A stretch of 64,000 nucleotides of DNA from the NCBI RefSeq assembly GCF_009914755.1, contig NC_060940.1, one strand, 5' to 3'. Under the pieces are notes generated by a model, which searched no databases, was not told the origin of the DNA, and was given only the letters and a program-made list of their open reading frames with translations. Positions 57,561 through 64,000 of this stretch are shown one piece after another. Origin of the DNA: the human T2T-CHM13v2.0 reference genome, Homo sapiens. Position 1 is the first letter of the stretch. Each line of letters begins with the position of its first letter. Made by a program: the position numbers and the translations under genes.

Positions 57561-59629
57561 GCAGTGTAGTCATGGTGTCATTAGGGCAGCAAGACAGGAT
57601 GCCTAGGGCTGGGCTTCCAACTCAGATCTTCCCACTCAGACGCATCTGAGTTGGCATCCTGGCTCCTGTGTGATGCGGGGCTTCAGCTCTCTGAGCACCC
57701 ATGGTTTCAACCTGTCTGCGGGGATGGTCACATCGACTGCAGAAGGGAGCAATCCGATTTGACAATCAGCTCATTGTACCAACGCCACAACTGATTGCCA
57801 GCAGTGTTGTCTTGGTTTGTTCATGATTTCTGGAGTTATTGAATGTTCATTTTGATAAATCGAGATGCTCTAGGTTGGGAAAGGAGAATGTTTACACTTC
57901 TCTGCTCCCATTCTTGGTGGAGATTCCTGGTGAGCAAGGACACATGTGTTTGGCCTGCGTGGACAGTGCAGAGATACAACTGGGGAGGTGGCGAAGGAGA
58001 GGGAGAGATGCCACCATGGAGTTTGACATCTTGGCTCATGGCTCTGGGTGGTGTGAAACCACCATCCTCTTTCCACATGGCTGGTATAAAAGCCACCATC
58101 CTCTTCCCACTCCCTAAGCCAATAGCCTGCATAGTTGGAATGACTAAGTCCCAGCCTCTGTCCTCAGAGGTTGCATCAGGGGGCCATGTCATTCTCAGTA
58201 GAGTCGGAAGTTAATTACAAGAAACACGTGAAGGAGAGTTGATCAGTTTCAATAATGTTGAATCCTTGCCCAAATCTTTGTCCAGAACATGCTGGGACTG
58301 GAACTGGAGCTGGGTTGCAGGACGGGGAGGGTGGACTTTGTAGGGGGAAGAGAGGCCTGTCCCCTCCGTTCCATGTGGCCATAGCCTTCTGGGGACAGAC
58401 TCTTTAGGACCACCCACACCCCTGTTCCATGCAGCTCTGGCACACCGTGGGCGCTTAATAAATGTTAAATAATAAGAATAGCTCCCATCTGTCAGTGCCC
58501 GGTGGCAAGGAGGATGTGTGAGTGCCAGCCGTCACTGGGCAGCTTATGGGAAGCCTTTCGGGGGGAAATTGTAGCTCTGAGTCGCTTCGAAGTCCCGCTG
58601 CATCCAGATGTTCCCCCAAAGCTGCTATGGATCAGTGTCCAGGCAAGGGAGGAGCATGGGACTCCAGAACATCTGCATCAGAGTGACAGGGGGCGGGACC
58701 AGAGAGATGAGAATCTGACCAGCAGTGGGATTTGGGAGCTGGTATTGACCAACAGTACAAGGGCTTTGTTGAGGTTTAAAAGGGCTAGAGGAGCTGCCCT
58801 CTGAGCACACAGCAGCATAAATTCATACTTCCGTCATATTCTTGGAAGCAAATGCCAACTGGGACTTTTCAGATTTTGTTATAATAACAACAGCAGCTGC
58901 TGTTTTTAGGCATTTACTATATATGAGGCTGTGTGTGAGGGGTTTCACTTGTCGTACCTAATTGAAGTAATATATCTTAGGGAGGAAAAAACAGGCAAAC
59001 AGGAGGTGGTATGGAGTAGGGTGTGAGCTCTAGAGCAGACTGCCTGGTTCATCTGCTGCAACCATTGAGGCCTCCACCTCTGGGACCTTGGATGCCATTT
59101 GCTACCTGTGTGACCTTGGCACAGTTTTTCCCTTCTGGGCAGTAGTCACCCTCTTTGAGTGGTTGTTAAAGGAACCAAATCATGTAAAGTCCACAATATA
59201 GCACCTGGCACATAGAAAGTCCTCAATAAATGTATTTACAAGTTTATTTCCAAGCGTAAAGCAATACCACCACAACCAACACCAATGCAATTAAATAATA
59301 GCCTCAATCTTGAGTGTTTTCTATATAGGGAAGCCAATACCTTCTACTGGCTAAGAGTATGAGCCCTTGAGCCAGACTGCCTGGGTTAGAATCTCAGCTT
59401 TACTTTTTTTTTTTTTTTTTTTTTTTTTAACTCCTAAGCTACTCTGAACTGCAGTTTTCTCTTCGGTAAAATGGCCCATATTAAAAGTGCCTAAATTCAA
59501 GCTTCGCTGTACTCTTCTGTAGGACAGGGATAATACCAAAGTCATTTCTGAGGATCAAATCAATTAATACTCCCTAAGTACTTAAAATAGTAAATCCAAT
59601 ATAGTCAGGGCTAAAAAAAACTGATAGAA

Positions 59630-59905
59630 ATAATAATTGTTACATGATTATTTTATATTTTATATTATTTGTATTATGCATTATTCATAAGATATAATGC
59701 AATATATATTTCAATAATATATGCAATAATATGTATTTTATGTAACACATAGTTATAAATATATAAATATATAACTACATAATGCCATATAGTTATAGGA
59801 TAATTATATATAATGATTAGATGACACATATCATTGTGTAATACTGTATAATAGTTACATAGTAATGATTATATGTAATATAAATGATAATAATAATTAT
59901 TATTT
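59630..59905. repeat. AT-rich low-complexity block
   Basis: Seen directly. Confidence 0.85.
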
Positions 59906-61106
59906 CTACTCTTGCTACTATGACAAGTTACTCCATTGGGGATTTTTTCCTAAATAATTTCTACCACTTTGAAGCATTCTGGCCAGACTTATTTTAAAAG
60001 GAAACTGAGGCTCAGCAAAGTGGAACAATTTGCCCTCATTCTTAGGACTGGGGAAGGGCAGACCAGCCAGGTGTCTGGCTGCAGAGCCCGTCCTCCCGCA
60101 GACCACACAATTCTGCAAAGCTTTGGTGTCTGTCGTCTCCCCATCCTCCATGGGGAAATGGCCATGTCTCTTGCCCGTACAACCGACTCTGAGCAGAAGG
60201 CTAATGCGATATTGTGCCGCTGTCATTTCTGATCAGTTTTTCCCCCACTGTCTCACAGCGGGCTGTCAGGAGGCCTTGTTCCCCATGGAAGCCTGGCTCC
60301 TCGTGGAGAAGATCAAACCTGGAGGTTGTGTGGTGACAAAGGCTGAGGAAGGGCACTGCTGGGACTGGGTCTTGTGGCTCTATTTTCAAGACCTTTATTT
60401 TTGGTTATCAGTGTTGAAACCTGGAAATACACTTTCTGTTTTCCGTTTAAACACAAATCAAGCAACGTTACCAACACACATTCTCTGTCAAACATGTCAG
60501 TTACTCCCGGGGCTGTGGACAGCTTGCAAGCGATGTCTTCTATTGTTACTGTGGTGGTGTGTTATTTCTCCCTCTACAGCTCTGCATTTGTTTTGGCGAG
60601 CAGTGTAAACACTGAGGGGCCTGCTCTCGGGGAGGTTTTGACAGAACATGTGAAATTGACATGGACCGTCCGATGACCATCTTAATAAGGCTGTTCGGGC
60701 AGCCCTGTATTTGCCTGTAGCATTTTCCATGAATTTGGGTGGGGGCTTAAGGATTCTAATGAGCTGGGTTTTGTTTCACACCTGGTGTTTTGGCAGACAG
60801 TTCCCACTGTGACTTAGCAGAGGGACTTGGCACGGCTTGCCAGAGGGCCTAAGATTTGTGTGGGCGCCCAGCAGATGTTGGATGTGTTCACCCATCATAC
60901 AGAACGCCAGTCATCAGCCGCCGAGTCCCCTCTCTGTCTACATTGTAAGGGACCAGAGCTCCCACTTGCTGCCGGTGATGGAGCCGTCTGGGGATGGATA
61001 AAAAGCCTTTCATTACTGAGGATAATGCAGAGCATATGGGATTCTTATCTGTCCAAACAGTTGTGGGATTTGGGTTAGAGACGCCGTCTGCATGTGTATT
61101 TTCTTT

Positions 61107-61555
61107 TTCTTTTTTTAATTTTAATTTTTTGTTTTTATTTTTATTATACTTTAAGTTCTAGGGTACATGTGCACAACGTGCAGGTTTGTTACATACATAT
61201 ACATGTGCCATGTTGGTGTGCTGCACCCATTAACTCGTCATTTACATTAGGTATATCTCCTAATGCTATCCCTCCCAGCTCCTCCAACCCCACAACAGGC
61301 CCCAGTGTGTGATGTTCCCCTTCCTGTGTCCAAGTGTTCTCATTGTTCAATTCCCACCTGTGAGTGAGAACATGCGGTGTTTGGTTTTTTGTCCTTGCGA
61401 TAGTTTGCTGAGAATGATGGTTTCTAGCTTCATCCGTGTCCCTACAAAGGACATGAACTCATCCTTTTTTATGGATGCATAGTATTCCATGGTGTATATG
61501 TGCGACATTTTCTTAATCCAGTCTGTCATTGATGGACATTTGGTTTGGTTCCAAG
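61107..61555 (-). mobile_element. 5'-truncated young L1PA (L1PA3-PA5-like) 3' end
   Basis: Canonical L1PA 3' end (ttattatactttaagttctagggtacatgtgcacaacgtgcagg). The minus-strand ORF includes HIYTMEYYASIKKDEFMSFVGTRMKLETIILSKLSQGQKTKHRMFSL. Confidence 0.95.
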
Positions 61556-61945
61556 CAATGCCCCTGGGCCACATGGGACACACACACCATGATGTGTCAG
61601 CAACGAGACGTCTATAGAGTAAACCACGATGGCAGAGGAGCATTCTACCCAAGAGGGCAGTGTATTTTCTTTAGTATTTGGTTCTAGCAAGTAGGAGCTT
61701 CATTAAGGAGCATTTTGTACAGTTCCTTCCTGGGAATGGACACGACACGCGTTTGATAATGTCTCTGCTTTCTGGCTTCACACCTTCCTCCCATGTTAGC
61801 ATTGGTTCTAAACTCCCAAGCACAGATGTTACCAAGCCACTGCCCTCCTGTGTAGAATGCTCCTCTGCCATCCTGGTTTACTCTATAGAAGTCTCGTTGC
61901 TGACACATCATGGTGTGTGTCCCATGTGGCCCACGGGCATTGCTT
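61553..61945. repeat. Inverted repeat of about 108 bp (arms 61553-61662 and 61838-61945, 175-bp spacer)
   Basis: Manual reverse-complement alignment shows about 5 substitutions and one 2-nt indel. Confidence 0.95.
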
Positions 61946-62387
61946 CGTTCAAGCCTTTGTGTTCAGATCTGCCCTGTTATCAGAGACAAGTTGATGTCAA
62001 CTTACCTCTTATCTCTGATCAATAACTGTTGGGCTTCCTGTGGGTTGACTGAAGACCCATAAGATTCATGAGACCCATACGATCATGTGGGTTGATGATC
62101 TCCACCATTCTGAATCTCAAGAAACCAAAGATGATTCTTGAATGTGTGTTTTTGTTAAGATCCCTTTGGCTGAAGGAACAGAACTCAATCCTGTCTAGCT
62201 TCAAAAAAAACGAGAGGGGCAGCATTTATATGTTTACTGTGTTTTGAGGTGTAGTGCATGAACAATTGAATGCACAGAAACTCTTGGACTCAAAAGAGAA
62301 AGAAAAAAGTCAAGCCAAGGAAAGCACAAGAGGTAAGACAGGCCTAGTGATCTCAGCAGGCAGAATTTATGGACATATTTTGCAGGC

Positions 62388-62932
62388 AAGTGGTTCTCAA
62401 TCAGGGGTGATTTTTGGCTTGTAAGGACATTTAGCAATATCTGGACACATTTTTTGGTTGTCGTAAGTGGATGGGGGTTGCTGCTATCATCCTACAATGC
62501 ATAGGTGCATTAGTCTGTTTTCATGCTGCTGATAAAGACATACCGGAGACTGGGCAATTTGCAAATGAGAGAGGCTTATTGGGCTTACAGTTCCAGGTGG
62601 CTGGGGAGCCCTCACAATCATGTTGGAAGGTAAAAGACATGTTTCACATGGATGACAGCAGGCAAAGAGAGCTCGTGCAGGGAAACTCTTGTTTTTAAAA
62701 TCATCAGGTTTCATGAGACTTGTTCATTATCAGGAGAACAGCACAGGAAAGACCCGCCCCCCAAATTCAGTCATTTCCCACCAGGTTCCTGTCATGACAC
62801 GTGGGAATCGTGGGAGATACAATTCAAGATGAGACTTGGGTGAGGACACAGCCAAACGATATCAAGTGGACACCTGGAATTATCGAGCATTATCCAGAAT
62901 TATCAGTCACGCCGAGATTGAAAAACCCCACT
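62388..62932 (+). mobile_element. MER20 hAT-Charlie element split by a THE1 LTR
   Basis: agtggttctcaatcaggggtgattttt...gacatttagcaatatctggacacattt on the left; gccgagattgaaaaacccc on the right. Confidence 0.75.
62506..62864 (-). mobile_element. THE1 solo LTR (MaLR)
   Basis: TG...CA termini, about 359 bp; attagtctgttttcatgctgctgataaagacatacc...ggacacagccaaacgatatca. Confidence 0.9.
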
Positions 62933-63961
62933 CTAGGCTGTCACACTACTGTGACTCAGCTACAGAGACTATCAGTCTCTGCAAGTCTTCATTCAACTTT
63001 TGCTTTCTCAGCTAGGATCTGATGGACCCAACCTATCGTATGTCTCAATCTTTATATCAGTGAACTATGCCCGAGACCCCCATGTATTTGCAGCCCGTTC
63101 AAAGTATTGCTGAGTAGTCCTGGGAAAGCAGGAGTAGGATGTAGCTGGTTGTGAGCTGTTAGCCATTCCGAGACAGGCGTCTTGCAGGGTGTATTGATAG
63201 CCTTCAGTGCACCCTATCCTGTGGCTGACACTCATTCATGCTAGTGCCTTCCATGCAGAGCTGTCTGTTTGTAGAAAGCAAGGCCCACCTTGGTGCCAGT
63301 CTTAACGAGCAGTCAATTGATTTGGTTTTCGATTTAAGCTCGTTGCCTCCTTTGACTTCTGTTTAACAGAAAATTCACTTTGCAAAACTGTTTTAAAACA
63401 TTGTTGCTTACTTTTCTTACCATAAAATTAATGTGGGCTAAACCTAAGTTTTCAGAAACAAAAAGCACAAACAAACATACAGAGATATATGCATATACCA
63501 CATAGATACATAAACCACAATCCGCTACCCAAAAATGCCTACTACAAACCACTCTTTATGTATCCTGGATTTCTTTGTGGTACATATATTTTCTTCCCTA
63601 AATAATTCTTATCTACTCTCATCGTATTCACAAAGATTTGTAAAACTTGCAAGCAGCTGGGTTTTTAATAGGAACACCTTTTGAAATAAAATTAATGAAT
63701 TTTTTTTTTTTACCTCATGAATATTTTCTGTTAGGTTTTTAAGACTAAGGTGATGTCTTAAACAAACACATATTCCGTGTCCTTTCCACATGCCCCTTTG
63801 CTCTTATCCCTCTCCTTCAGCCCATGGCAAGGTCGTATATGATATCCTAAGTAAATAGATCACCAAAGAAATGACATTACTTTAGTCAGTTGGGAAAAGA
63901 AGATAGGGACAAAGAAGAGAAAGTAGCAAAACAATCCTATAGATTACAGAATTACACAAAA

Positions 63962-64000
63962 GGCCGGTTGCCGTGGCTCACGCCTAGAATCCCAGCACTT
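63962..64000 (+). mobile_element. Alu 5' end, cut by the window edge
   Basis: ggccggttgccgtggctcacgcctagaatcccagcactt. Confidence 0.9.

Noticed and set aside
60030-60608. 192-aa plus-strand ORF
   Set aside because: Non-ATG start, begins in MIR-like sequence, and no similarity to RBFOX1 or any family I recognise.
61553-61945. Reading the inverted repeat as a MITE with TIRs
   Set aside because: No TA or 8-bp TSD around the pair, and the left arm lies within the L1's TSD, which favours templated capture.

Overview
Primate genomic DNA, most likely human (Alu, L1PA, THE1, MIR, L2 and Tigger repeats). It lies in the 5' region of RBFOX1 (A2BP1, chr16p13.3), transcribed on the + strand. I identified the gene from a short coding exon at 48301-48387 ([29 protein letters not shown], then CAG|gtaatt), which I recognise as the N-terminus of the muscle-type RBFOX1 isoforms. 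A second candidate first coding exon (19661-19762, MMQHPLTGATCVALPNVGMCPQLSCALTFMYLQQ, CAG|gtaagg, also phase 0) sits in a CpG island at about 18280-19930. The rest is intron, with interspersed repeats, microsatellites and candidate enhancers. Almost all long ORFs in the track are repeat artefacts. The most unusual structure is at 61094-61945: one 13-bp TSD encloses both a 5'-truncated L1PA and a ~108-bp inverted copy of the neighbouring unique DNA, leaving a long inverted repeat in the pre-mRNA. I found no convincing new multi-gene system. Repeat boundaries and subfamily names were called by eye and are approximate.
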